From contig JALUEE010000033.1 in the NCBI GenBank assembly GCA_027053075.1, positions 1 to 64,000 on the forward strand: a DNA stretch of 64,000 bases, given 5' to 3'. The first letter of the stretch is position 1, and each line of letters opens with the position of its first letter. The notes under the pieces were generated by a model that had not been told where the DNA came from, searched no databases, and saw only the letters and a list, made by a program, of their open reading frames with translations. The stretch comes from a candidate division WOR-3 bacterium (lineage in GTDB: Bacteria; Hydrothermota; Hydrothermia; B15-G9; WFZT01). The position numbers and the translations under genes were made by a program. Positions 44,901-53,497 of the stretch are shown one piece after another.

Positions 44901-45985
44901 TTCAGATAGATGGGGATCATATCAGGCCTGGCCTCCATCTTGATGACAGCGTCTCGGAGGCCTTTCAGGGCCTTCATCTCGTTTGGGTATTTCTCGAGAA
45001 TTCTACGGTAAATTTTGATGGCGTCGGCACGCCTTTCCGGGATATTCGAGAGAATGTGGGCATATTCAAGCTGGTAATCCAGGTTGTTTGGGTTTCTACG
45101 AACATACTCTTCAATCTCACTTAATAGCTCTCTTGCAGTTTTTGGATTTGACGATGCCACCTGGATGTATTCAAATTTTAGATTTTTATCATTTGGACGG
45201 TATTTGAGGGCCTTCTTGTAATACTCAATGGCCTTTGAGGTGAGACCCTGGGCTGCGTATATTCTTGCTATCTCAATTATGCTGTTTACATCATCCGGAT
45301 ACTTTGAGAGTATCCGTCGCAAATACTTAAGAGCCTTTGAGTAATTCCCAAGCTTTTCTTCTGTAACTGCAAGTCCGAACAGGGCATCTCTGTCGCCACC
45401 GGACTGCAATCCAACGAATATACTTTTTGCTTTGGTGTACTTCCCGGCCTGAAGCAGGGAGTATGCAAATTCAAGTCTGGATTTGTAAGTGAAGAGAGAG
45501 GGCTTCGTTTTCTCAACGTCCTCGAAATACTTCACCGCCTCTTTTCCCTTGCCCTCCCAGTAGAGAACTCTGGCAAGGTAGAGCTTTGCCATTATGTTTT
45601 TGGGATTCAGCTTAACAGTCGTTCTTAGCTCTTTTTCTGCATTTCGCAGATCTGATTTATAAATATACAATTGGCCAAGGAGGTAATGGGCATCGGCATC
45701 TTTTGGCCGCATTTTCAGATATTTTTTGAGTAATCTAATGGCCTCGCTCCATCCTGACTTTTTCGTGCTTAAAATTTCAGCGAGCTCTTTTAACCCATCC
45801 GGGTTGTTGGGATAGTATTTCAGCAGGTCTCTGTAGGCCTTTTCTGCGGCATCCAGCTTACCAGAGGCCTTCAGAGAGCGGGCAATTTTCAGTCTCACGT
45901 CAAGCCCGTAGATATCCCCCTTTGCTTTCCTGGGAGTCGCAGAGAATAGCATACTGAACATAAGAATTGACGCTATTATTTGCAT
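41948..45985 (-). CDS. bcsC: Cellulose export outer-membrane protein BcsC-like (long TPR array plus C-terminal beta-barrel)
   Basis: Signal peptide, about 900 aa of TPRs, C-terminal barrel with GHGGYFSP motif; bcs context; GGAGGT RBS at 45992-45997. Confidence 0.8.
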   Translation of the reverse strand: MQIIASILMFSMLFSATPRKAKGDIYGLDVRLKIARSLKASGKLDAAEKAYRDLLKYYPNNPDGLKELAEILSTKKSGWSEAIRLLKKYLKMRPKDADAHYLLGQLYIYKSDLRNAEKELRTTVKLNPKNIMAKLYLARVLYWEGKGKEAVKYFEDVEKTKPSLFTYKSRLEFAYSLLQAGKYTKAKSIFVGLQSGGDRDALFGLAVTEEKLGNYSKALKYLRRILSKYPDDVNSIIEIARIYAAQGLTSKAIEYYKKALKYRPNDKNLKFEYIQVASSNPKTARELLSEIEEYVRRNPNNLDYQLEYAHILSNIPERRADAIKIYRRILEKYPNEMKALKGLRDAVIKMEARPDMIPIYLKLLQKFPNDVNLRLKIADAYKNAGKPDVALSWYKSVLRYDPGNVWANLGIGGIYINQKQYDQAIIYYKRVLRKDPRNYYALVGLGGAYLALGDKESALKYYRKAYKIKQTAEVLKAIKEIEAENRVEMAEKLKNQGNYAKALLIYKKLLAQNPTSKRILLGIATCYHELGQDTKAIEYYNRILELNPEDKDAIIGKGWALLGLGKYQAAIDLIKSHNLINDPDGIKIIQQAQIQYYIKEAEKEKKQGHYDKALKYYLAARQIAPDNLDLLRGLAGVYMAMKKYDEAASVFSLLLQKFPNDTTLLRAYGDALYASGDLDKAIKVYEELYKRTKSPEVLQKIAKIKYTDKLKLAEYFKSRGKLEKALEIYQKLYQENPADIGVILGLAGVYFDLGKYEEARKLYSQVLVLDPSNKDALQGLVGSLIKLKKEDEALTYLISLYKRYKSKEIEEQIKKVEVYRIVKKAEEYKKKHKYYTAFVLYRKAYQLDPNNIDVLKGLAGLYAANGQLDEAAKLYEHALQLNPDDEDVAIDLARVYRGLGRDYSALRILKRLNVGSLDPRIALEYAKILYSLNRKYDALKVLEVAELNSNKETKKGGEEFLPPFLPEDTLEAIIADTLNIAKEIGIENISKNQLPPLLSLGPAIQPENFFVLRRQEAIYYIKQFKEKIQRELRAYIQLGPYYRQKSGTKGTSYLELPAFPVQVSFPLYNTRVTIQADAEEPGNGVSQDDGIGAQVTFEGPFTPGSFYLMAGITPMGFAGGTNFKGDLRFTFLLSDFWGFYLRGFVLPNDESYLAYVGEYAPKIGKLHGKVMETGGELGLVFRHPPKDLSMILGTSVLRGIRVYNNNKYEGLFRVGYSFKMPMYLDVLRVGFDFYLMSFKSYLGDYTIGHGGYFSPTFFSNNAIVMSLQRERDNLFFKLYGSAGAQYMRGPLTQYFKPGTKFGFSLGIDFEYFLSKSLLLGVNYNYNDVAPYFQDHRIWLFIRYYL

Positions 45986-46008
45986 ATGGGTACCTCCAAA
46001 GGTAAAAT
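45980..46008 (+). promoter_or_regulatory. Sigma70 promoter for leaderless bcsZ, overlapping the bcsC start codon and RBS
   Basis: TTGCAT(45980)-N17-TAAAAT(46003)-N7-ATG(46016). Confidence 0.6.
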
Positions 46009-46015
46009 ATAGACC

Positions 46016-47122
46016 ATGATACTCGTTAAGGCAATTATTTTTTTTCTAATGAGTTACCATTGCAACCAAAAAGATATACAGAAAATTTTAAAAGAATCAT
46101 GGAAAACCTACAAAGTTCAATTTATCCAGAAAGACGGCAGGGTCCTCGATAAATACAACGGAAATATAACCACGTCAGAGGGACAGGCCTATGCTATGTT
46201 CAGGGCAGTCCTCGCCAACGATAAGGCCACATATTACAGAGTTTTAAACTGGACTCTGGTGAATTTGAGAGAGCACAGAGGGGATTGGCTCTTTGCCTGG
46301 AAATGGGGAAAAGACAAGTCCGGTAACTGGGGGGTGCTCGATTCTAATTCTGCAGGGGATGCTGACCAGCTAATCGCCTTCGATTTAATACTTGGGTATA
46401 AAAAATGGCATGATGACTCTCTTAAGGCCATGGCCAGAAGAGTGCTCGATGACATCTGGGTGAAAGAAGTAGCCAAAGTTGGAGACTGGTACTACATTTT
46501 ACCCGGTGAGTGGGCAAGGGATATGAAAGATTACAAAATTAATCCAAGTTATTTCCTGCCCTTTGCCTACCCTTATTTTCAGAAGCTGGACGGCACCCGC
46601 CCCTGGGATACACTTATTGTTTCAACTTACAGGGTTCTTGATAAAGCATCCACATGGATCGGACTACCGGTGAACTGGGCATTTGTAAATTCAGAGACTG
46701 GCGAAATCTATATTGTCGATGATGATCCAACCGACAATACTTCGGACTTTGGATTTGACGCTGTGAGGGTTTTTCAAAATGTTTATCTGGATTATCATCT
46801 CTTTAAAAGGAAGGCTGCCATTTCCTACCTTTACTCCCAGAAATGGCTTATCTCTTACTGGAAAGCCCGGGAGATGATACCTGCTGAGGTAACGGTTTAC
46901 GGATTTCCTCGTAAGAATTTTGAAGCAGTATCTATCTATGGCGGAGTTTTACCCGCTATCTATGTAATTGATAAGCGTGCTTTTGTGGAAATTTGTAAAA
47001 AGAAAATCCTGAAGGCATACAAAAAAGGCATCTTTGGAGATCCAAAAGATTATTATGCACAAAATTTAGTGTGGTTTTCCCTCGCCCTTATATTCTCCAG
47101 CTTTACTCTTCCTCTTCCATAA
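46016..47122 (+). CDS. bcsZ: GH8 endo-1,4-beta-glucanase
   Basis: TTSEGQAYAM, NSAGDAD, NPSY, FDAVRV, YYAQNL; signal peptide or lipobox-like N-terminus. Confidence 0.88.
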   Translation: MILVKAIIFFLMSYHCNQKDIQKILKESWKTYKVQFIQKDGRVLDKYNGNITTSEGQAYAMFRAVLANDKATYYRVLNWTLVNLREHRGDWLFAWKWGKDKSGNWGVLDSNSAGDADQLIAFDLILGYKKWHDDSLKAMARRVLDDIWVKEVAKVGDWYYILPGEWARDMKDYKINPSYFLPFAYPYFQKLDGTRPWDTLIVSTYRVLDKASTWIGLPVNWAFVNSETGEIYIVDDDPTDNTSDFGFDAVRVFQNVYLDYHLFKRKAAISYLYSQKWLISYWKAREMIPAEVTVYGFPRKNFEAVSIYGGVLPAIYVIDKRAFVEICKKKILKAYKKGIFGDPKDYYAQNLVWFSLALIFSSFTLPLP

Positions 47123-49421
47123 GTCTCCTCTTCTTGTACTCATCCACAAGTGCTCTTATAACCTTGTAGAGGAGGTACAGCACAATGATCATGAGAATGG
47201 AGAGAATCAGCACGTGCCTGGCGAAGAAAAATCTCAATCTCTTGAAGAAGCCAACATGGCCAACAATTCTCTTGTGACCAATATCAATGGACTTGACCTC
47301 AAAGGAAGAGTTGACCGCTACAATATTTCCTTTCTTGAATTTTGTCAGGATTTTAGGCATTAAAAGTGCCTCAAGAGGATACTGTATATTTTTCCTGTTT
47401 CTGGAATAGGCGATGAGGACCGTCTTGTCCTTATTGTATGGAGATATAATCTGCTCCAGGAAACCAGCAGAATCATAGTCGTAGGCCTTTATCACCTCGA
47501 TTTTAACACCCTCTTCTCCACCGCCAAAAATTCTTTTCCAGAAACTTCTCTTTTTCACAGTAACGTAGGTTCTAAGACTTTTGACCCCATACTTGGTTAT
47601 GTAGAGATATTTTCTGTCAGATAACTCTCGTATAAACGAGTTGTTTGCCTCGTTGCCAAATGTGATAAAGTGGTAATTTTTAAGCATTTCTTCGCCGCTG
47701 AGCTGAGCCGGTGTCAAAACCTTAAACTGGATGGATTGCGGAGAAGTTTCTTTCCCAAAGTAAGTGACAAGGAGCAGAAGATTGTGTATGTCATCATAGT
47801 CATACTTATCAGGCAAAACAAAGACCACGTCCTTCATGTTTTGCCAGAGTGTGTACGGGAAACCTGCGTATTTGATCAGACTAACATCGGGCATCTCGGT
47901 GAAGTATTCACGATCCATTTTGATTGTAGAGCTCGCATGGATGGTTCCCCATATCTGCTTATCAGAGACCCTTCTACAGGGATCGTAATTAATGGGGAAG
48001 AGGTGGAAAACGACAACCATGTGGTTTCTGGCCCCCAGAAGCCATGTTGGGAGTGGTACATTCAAAGTGGCATAGGATTCACCCGACTTATTTCTCAATA
48101 GCTTCGAGACCACCGAGCGATTATTTATTATCACCTCAACCATGGATAATCTACCGTCCAGACCTGCACTGTAGCTGTAAACTAACTTCAATTTAGCGCC
48201 CTTGGTGAGAAACTGAGCGTCCGGCTGTGTAAACAGGTTTATATTCACAGGCTTGGCATAAAAGCCACGAACAGTGGTGTCGGACATCCCGAGCTCTGAG
48301 AGTTCAAACTTTGTCTTTAATGGTATGTATCCCTTTTGCTGCCGATATTTAAGGGTATCCACCATGTTTACATCATAAATAACAGCTCTTGGGCCTGAGA
48401 GAATTTTATTACCTGCAAATAGAGCCTTTGCTGCCTTTAATACACCCTGGGGATCCATTCCTGTTACAATTAAAACGGCCCTCTTGGTGTTTTTAGGGTC
48501 ATTCTTGACCATGATGACACCTGTTCCAGGGGACACGCCAGCACCCTTCTTGGGGAAAAGCTCATCTGTAGAGGCAAACTTCAAAATCTCCGGGTTTTCT
48601 TTAATAGTTCCTACAAGGATGATATCCTTATTGGTCTCGGATGACGATTTCAAAATATTGACCTTTACGTCCCTAAAGGAAATGTAATTGGAGAGGATGA
48701 AATCGATGTAGGACATAGCCTCAATGGTCGAGACCGTGGGTGTAGAAGGCACCACAAAATTGATTTCTCTTGGCCCATAGTCCCTTTTATCAAAGAACGG
48801 GTATGGGAAAACCCCAAGATTAACGATTGGAGAAATGGGACGATATTTAAACAGAATGTACGATTTCTTGGAGACCTTTGTCCATAGAGCAGGTGAAAAG
48901 GGGTCCTCACAGTCCTCTGTGTAGTGCTGATCAACTAAGAAGCTCAGGGTGTTGTAGTCATCCAGTATGTAAGGTGGAATGGGCAGAACGATCTCTGTTG
49001 TTACGGAGTTTTCTTTTGTCAACGTTATGGATTTAAGGGTTATGTTGTTGATTGCGATAGAAAGGTGTGACATGCTTGGGAGAAGTGCCTCAGAATGGTT
49101 AAAAAATATGTGTATTTCTGTACCTTCCAAGACATTCCATCTTTTGGGTTTCGTAAATGTTAGCCTCTCAGTAGCGTGCAATCCCTTTAAATTCAGGTCT
49201 TTTTTCACAAACAGGTCTTTTTCAAATGTGGCTCTATAGGTTGAGACTCCTGCGACTCTGGGAGCCTTTTTAACTGATTTTGGAGGTGCAGCCGGTTTAC
49301 TCTTTTTGACAACTTTTTTACGGTATGTAGAACGGTAATAAGGTTTCTTACGAACGGTAACTGCATTGAGCATCGAACCTGTTAAGAAAAACAAAACCAT
49401 CAGGTATAATACCTTCCTCAT
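47103..49421 (-). CDS. bcsB: Cellulose synthase periplasmic co-subunit
   Basis: Signal peptide, CEDPFSPALW motif, FPYPFFD, GFPYT, C-terminal TM anchor; directly after bcsA; start 49421 with AGGAGG. Confidence 0.88.
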   Translation of the reverse strand: MRKVLYLMVLFFLTGSMLNAVTVRKKPYYRSTYRKKVVKKSKPAAPPKSVKKAPRVAGVSTYRATFEKDLFVKKDLNLKGLHATERLTFTKPKRWNVLEGTEIHIFFNHSEALLPSMSHLSIAINNITLKSITLTKENSVTTEIVLPIPPYILDDYNTLSFLVDQHYTEDCEDPFSPALWTKVSKKSYILFKYRPISPIVNLGVFPYPFFDKRDYGPREINFVVPSTPTVSTIEAMSYIDFILSNYISFRDVKVNILKSSSETNKDIILVGTIKENPEILKFASTDELFPKKGAGVSPGTGVIMVKNDPKNTKRAVLIVTGMDPQGVLKAAKALFAGNKILSGPRAVIYDVNMVDTLKYRQQKGYIPLKTKFELSELGMSDTTVRGFYAKPVNINLFTQPDAQFLTKGAKLKLVYSYSAGLDGRLSMVEVIINNRSVVSKLLRNKSGESYATLNVPLPTWLLGARNHMVVVFHLFPINYDPCRRVSDKQIWGTIHASSTIKMDREYFTEMPDVSLIKYAGFPYTLWQNMKDVVFVLPDKYDYDDIHNLLLLVTYFGKETSPQSIQFKVLTPAQLSGEEMLKNYHFITFGNEANNSFIRELSDRKYLYITKYGVKSLRTYVTVKKRSFWKRIFGGGEEGVKIEVIKAYDYDSAGFLEQIISPYNKDKTVLIAYSRNRKNIQYPLEALLMPKILTKFKKGNIVAVNSSFEVKSIDIGHKRIVGHVGFFKRLRFFFARHVLILSILMIIVLYLLYKVIRALVDEYKKRRLMEEEE

Positions 49422-49440
49422 CGTTTCCTCCTTTTTGTGC

Positions 49441-51564
49441 TTACTTTTTAGATTTAACCATATGTGAAACAACCCTGACCGGGGTCGTTAGCACTCTGCC
49501 CAGTGATTTTAGTGGATTATCCTCCTCAGCCTCAGTATAAATCCACTTATCCGCAGGCGAGTATATAAGCTGAATAATATCTTTTCTGGTCTCAATATCC
49601 TCATCTGTGAGATTAAATTTGAGTCCTGCTATAGTGGAATTTTCCAGCTTAACGTACCAGGCAACCTCGGCCTTCACAAAAACCCTTTTGCCCTGTTTAC
49701 CGAAAATTATGAGGTCAACATTTTTAGGTAAATCAATGGCCTTGTTGAGAGTGATTTTAGCACCACCTTCAGATAAATCCTCCACCTTTCCAATATAACC
49801 CTTGCTTCGTATCCAGACCTGACAGGGCAGGTCAACCTCCACCCTGTAGTACCGTCGTCGCTGAGGTCTCTCAAATGCCACGAAGGTCGAGGCAAGGACT
49901 ATGAAGAAGTTAAACAGATTCCAGAATCCGTTGATGAGCACAGCATCAATCTCATCAGGATGAGTCTTCCAGCGAATGGGCGTAAAGATAATACCTAAAA
50001 TGGTGAGTGCAAGCAGGGCAAGAAGTGGCCTTACCGGGCGGATGTCAAAGTAGTATTCATCTTCTTTGGCCACTTTGGGGGTAACGACAAATCTTCCTTT
50101 TCTCGGATTTATCAGAGTGACAGTAGAAATTACAAGAGAATAGTATGAGCGCGCCGTTTCGTAAATCTCCGTCCAGAAAGAATGTCTCACGTTCTTTGAC
50201 ATGAGAGAACCTGTTAGGACAGCACCTATAAGGTGGGGGAACGCGTAAGCCACAACATCAAGTGCTGTACCAACAAGAGGGTAAATACCGAACAACAGGT
50301 ATGAGAGGGGGGCAAGAATAAAAACAATTCTTGCATAACCAGAGAAAAAGTGAATCATGGAGTTCAGGTATGCAAGACGCTGAGGGATGGTTAGTCCCTT
50401 TTTAAACAATGGATTATCAAGCCTGAAAATTTGAATCATCCCTCTCGTCCATCTACCCCTCTGTGAAACGTAATAAGCATATCTATCAGTGGCAATACCA
50501 GCAGCCTGAGGAATGCCAAGATAAACTGAATTCCATCCCCGTGCGTGCAGTTTAATGGATGTATGCGCATCCTCTGTAACAGTATCCTGAGCTATACCAC
50601 CTATTTCCTCAAGTGCTTTTCTTTTGAGAACAGCACATGAACCGCAGAAGTAAACCGCGTTCCAGAGGTCCTTCCCGGGCTGAACGAGGTGGTAAAAGTA
50701 CTGCTGCTCCTCAGGTAACACCTTCTCAAGATATAGATTCCTCTCGTAAACATCAGGATTGTAGAAATGATGTGGAGTCTGAACGAGGGCCAGCTTTGGG
50801 TCCTTCAGGAAGAATCCCACAGTCATCTGAAGGAAACTCCTTGTGGGCACATGGTCGGCATCAAAGATCGCGATAAGGTCACCGTTAGTCAATTTCAGGG
50901 CGTGGTTTATATTGCCGGCTTTAGCTCCTTCGTTGGTCTCACGGGTTATATAGTGAGCACCAAGCTCCTCGGCCAATTTCTTCACCTCGGGTCTACGACC
51001 GTCATCAAGCACATAGACCTTCTTTTTCGGATAGTCGATTGCAAGCGCTGCAGCAATGGTTGGCCTCAAAACTTCCAGGGGCTCATCGTAAGTAGGAATG
51101 AAAATGTCCACTGTCGGCCACTTACTGATATCCTCAGGAAGTGGCACGGGCTTTCGGTTTATAGGCTCAATGATCTCAAAATAACCAAGGATAAGTACGA
51201 GGAAACCATAAAGCTCTGCAAGTAAAAGTATTACACTGACAATAAAACTTGCAGTGTAATAGGTGTTTATAGTCTCGGTAGCCCTCCAGTAGAAGTATCT
51301 GAATGAGAGGGCAAAGCTCAATGTAAGCATAAAGATACGCTCTTTTGGGAACCACTTATAAATGATCAGCATGAGGAGCAAAATCGGGGTTGATACAATG
51401 AGCTGCTCCTTCCAGTAAAGTTTAAAAGTGATAAAGTAGAGACTGACTATAATTGTTAGAAGATAGATAACAACTTTAAGCCACGGATATGTTCCTACTG
51501 ACCTGTAAATTAGGAAATCGAATCTTCTTGCGCCTTTCTGGGCTTTCCGGAAGAGGGCGGTCAT
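49441..51564 (-). CDS. bcsA: Cellulose synthase catalytic subunit with PilZ domain
   Basis: IPTYDE, LDDG, KAGN, FDADH, QTPH, FCGS, TED, QRGRW, gating loop FVVTPK, PilZ RRYYR and DLSEGG. Confidence 0.93.
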   Translation of the reverse strand: MTALFRKAQKGARRFDFLIYRSVGTYPWLKVVIYLLTIIVSLYFITFKLYWKEQLIVSTPILLLMLIIYKWFPKERIFMLTLSFALSFRYFYWRATETINTYYTASFIVSVILLLAELYGFLVLILGYFEIIEPINRKPVPLPEDISKWPTVDIFIPTYDEPLEVLRPTIAAALAIDYPKKKVYVLDDGRRPEVKKLAEELGAHYITRETNEGAKAGNINHALKLTNGDLIAIFDADHVPTRSFLQMTVGFFLKDPKLALVQTPHHFYNPDVYERNLYLEKVLPEEQQYFYHLVQPGKDLWNAVYFCGSCAVLKRKALEEIGGIAQDTVTEDAHTSIKLHARGWNSVYLGIPQAAGIATDRYAYYVSQRGRWTRGMIQIFRLDNPLFKKGLTIPQRLAYLNSMIHFFSGYARIVFILAPLSYLLFGIYPLVGTALDVVAYAFPHLIGAVLTGSLMSKNVRHSFWTEIYETARSYYSLVISTVTLINPRKGRFVVTPKVAKEDEYYFDIRPVRPLLALLALTILGIIFTPIRWKTHPDEIDAVLINGFWNLFNFFIVLASTFVAFERPQRRRYYRVEVDLPCQVWIRSKGYIGKVEDLSEGGAKITLNKAIDLPKNVDLIIFGKQGKRVFVKAEVAWYVKLENSTIAGLKFNLTDEDIETRKDIIQLIYSPADKWIYTEAEEDNPLKSLGRVLTTPVRVVSHMVKSKK

Positions 51565-52355
51565 TTTTTGATCACCTGCTCAAGAACAGCCTCTCTGGCT
51601 TTTATTTCTTTGGCCAATAATCTGAATGCCCGCGCTCCTGCTGACCCTGGCTCATGATAGATGACAGGTTTGCCGTACGCAAGGGCTTCTGCAATATTCA
51701 GGTCCTTGGGAATCTTGGTTTTAAATGGGATGTTTTTATACTTCTGCTCAAGGACCCTGGCCGTTTGAACCATCAATTCTTCACGGCCGTCGTACATGTT
51801 TATGATTATACCAAGTACCCGTAAAGTTGGTTTTAATTTCTCCTTAATGTCTTTAAGAAAAACAAAAACCGCTGGAAGTGTCCTGTATGCGAGGGGTTCG
51901 GATTGAACAGTAATCATCACCGCATCCGAGGCCACAACAGCACTTCCCGTAATGCTGTTAAATGTTGGCGGCGTATCAATAAGAATGTAATCGTACCGGT
52001 CTTTTACCCCGGTATACTCAAACCAGTTTTTGAGCCTATCGAGGTTTTTTGATACAGATGATATTTTCCACTCAAGGTACGGATTCACCGGACCACTGGG
52101 GATTATATCAATGTTCTGGAAAGGGGTTTTCTTTATCACATCCTCAGGTCGGACATTCTTTAAAAGGATATTAAAGCTACCACTCTCCAGCTTTTCCTTG
52201 TATAGACCTATGCCCAGATAGAGAGAGTTTTGAGGGTCAAGATCAACTAAGAGAACTTTATCGCCTGATTCCGCAAATGCCGCTCCAAGATTTATTACAA
52301 CGGTTGTTTTACCCACTCCACCTTTTTTGGACAGTATAGCGTAGATTTTTCCCAT
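51561..52355 (-). CDS. bcsQ: ParA/MinD-family ATPase in the BcsQ position
   Basis: KKGGVGKTT, DLDPQ, IDTPP, EALAYG; overlaps the bcsA start by 4 bp; bcsQ assigned by context. Confidence 0.75.
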   Translation of the reverse strand: MGKIYAILSKKGGVGKTTVVINLGAAFAESGDKVLLVDLDPQNSLYLGIGLYKEKLESGSFNILLKNVRPEDVIKKTPFQNIDIIPSGPVNPYLEWKISSVSKNLDRLKNWFEYTGVKDRYDYILIDTPPTFNSITGSAVVASDAVMITVQSEPLAYRTLPAVFVFLKDIKEKLKPTLRVLGIIINMYDGREELMVQTARVLEQKYKNIPFKTKIPKDLNIAEALAYGKPVIYHEPGSAGARAFRLLAKEIKAREAVLEQVIKK

Positions 52356-52364
52356 ATCACTCCT

Positions 52365-52781
52365 TTACTCAAAGGAGAAGAAGTCTTTAGCAGTTTTCGC
52401 TGACTTCTTTCTCTTCTCTATAACCTTTTCAACGGCTTTCCTTCCCTCTTCCTCTTCAATAAGAGATTCAAAGAATTTTCTCGCGGTTTCTTTGCCACCG
52501 AGTCTCACTTCTTCTATCTTCTCCTCGATAATCTTTTCCTTCACCTCAGGTGGTAGCTCACGGAATACCTCCTCGAGGATCTTCTCAATAGGAGCGTTCT
52601 CCTGCAACAAGGGGTAAAGAATCTCTTCTTTAGATTTCTCCTCTTCCTCGGTAAATGACCTGTAGGGAAAATCTTTAATCTTATACTCCTCTGTCAGCTC
52701 CTTTACATCGAGGTCTTCCGATATTTCAATCGGAGGCGGCTCCTCTTTACCGCGCTTTTTTAACTTCTTCTTTATAAGCAT
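52365..52781 (-). CDS. BcsR/BcsP-like small cytoplasmic protein
   Basis: Residues 25-61 (DVKEL...Y.I.D..Y..F...E........YPLLQE) match the BcsR-type pattern ending WPLLxE (recalled, not searched); immediately upstream of bcsQ. Confidence 0.6.
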   Translation of the reverse strand: MLIKKKLKKRGKEEPPPIEISEDLDVKELTEEYKIKDFPYRSFTEEEEKSKEEILYPLLQENAPIEKILEEVFRELPPEVKEKIIEEKIEEVRLGGKETARKFFESLIEEEEGRKAVEKVIEKRKKSAKTAKDFFSFE

Positions 52782-53444
52782 TTAAATCACCTCTTTTGCC
52801 TCTCCGAGACTGATTCCCAGCTTCTTGAGTAGAAGGGTATAATCAGGATTCTCCGCGAGTATCCTCTCAATTTCTTTGATATTTTTGGAGGTGCTCACAA
52901 GGAAGATAAATCTGCCTTCTCCTCCCTTGAAGCTGGTGATCTCAAGCGCTCTGATACCCTTTCCTATGAGCGATGAGAAAACTCCTGTAAAAAACCCCGA
53001 AAGGAGCATAGCTGTTGGTAGAACCTCGCTACTCTTGCCGTAAGCAAGCGGAGAATAAACTGGAAGAATATAAAACTGCTTCTCTTTTTTAGCCTTGGAT
53101 AGGTCAATCTCTGCCCATCTTTTGAGAAGGAGGTAATCGTTCAGGATTTTCAGGAAAAGCTCAACCTCAAGGTCTGTAATGGATTCTCCATAGTTAGAGG
53201 TTATGAAGTTGTCCATCCTTTTGTAGAACTTCTCTCCCCAATTTGCACCAATTTCATAGAGAATCTGCATTCCCTCTTCGTATTCTGTCAGCACACCCGC
53301 GATAGCGTCGAGGAAATCCTCGGTAACCATGATTTCCACAGGGCTGTTAAAAAACTGAATCCTTCCGCTTTTAATAGCCACGGGAAGCGGTCTTTTCTCC
53401 GCCGACTCCTCTACATCTCCCAGATCCCAAAAAGACTCTTTCAT
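52782..53444 (-). CDS. V4R-like domain protein, first gene of the bcs operon
   Basis: LYEIGANWGEKF, W..IDL and SGFFTGVFSSLIG patterns typical of V4R proteins; no cysteines. Confidence 0.6.
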   Translation of the reverse strand: MKESFWDLGDVEESAEKRPLPVAIKSGRIQFFNSPVEIMVTEDFLDAIAGVLTEYEEGMQILYEIGANWGEKFYKRMDNFITSNYGESITDLEVELFLKILNDYLLLKRWAEIDLSKAKKEKQFYILPVYSPLAYGKSSEVLPTAMLLSGFFTGVFSSLIGKGIRALEITSFKGGEGRFIFLVSTSKNIKEIERILAENPDYTLLLKKLGISLGEAKEVI

Positions 53445-53464
53445 AACTCCTCTCCTTTTTCTTT

Positions 53465-53494
53465 AATTTAAATTGATAGCGTCTTTTAAGTCAA
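53465..53494 (-). promoter_or_regulatory. Candidate sigma70 promoter for the bcs operon
   Basis: TTGACT-N18-TAAATT followed by an AGGAGAGGAG RBS. Confidence 0.5.
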
Positions 53495-53497
53495 GCT

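Noticed and set aside
51561..52355. ParA as a chromosome or plasmid partition system
   Set aside because: No parB or parS-like site nearby; translationally coupled to bcsA and preceded by a BcsR-like gene.
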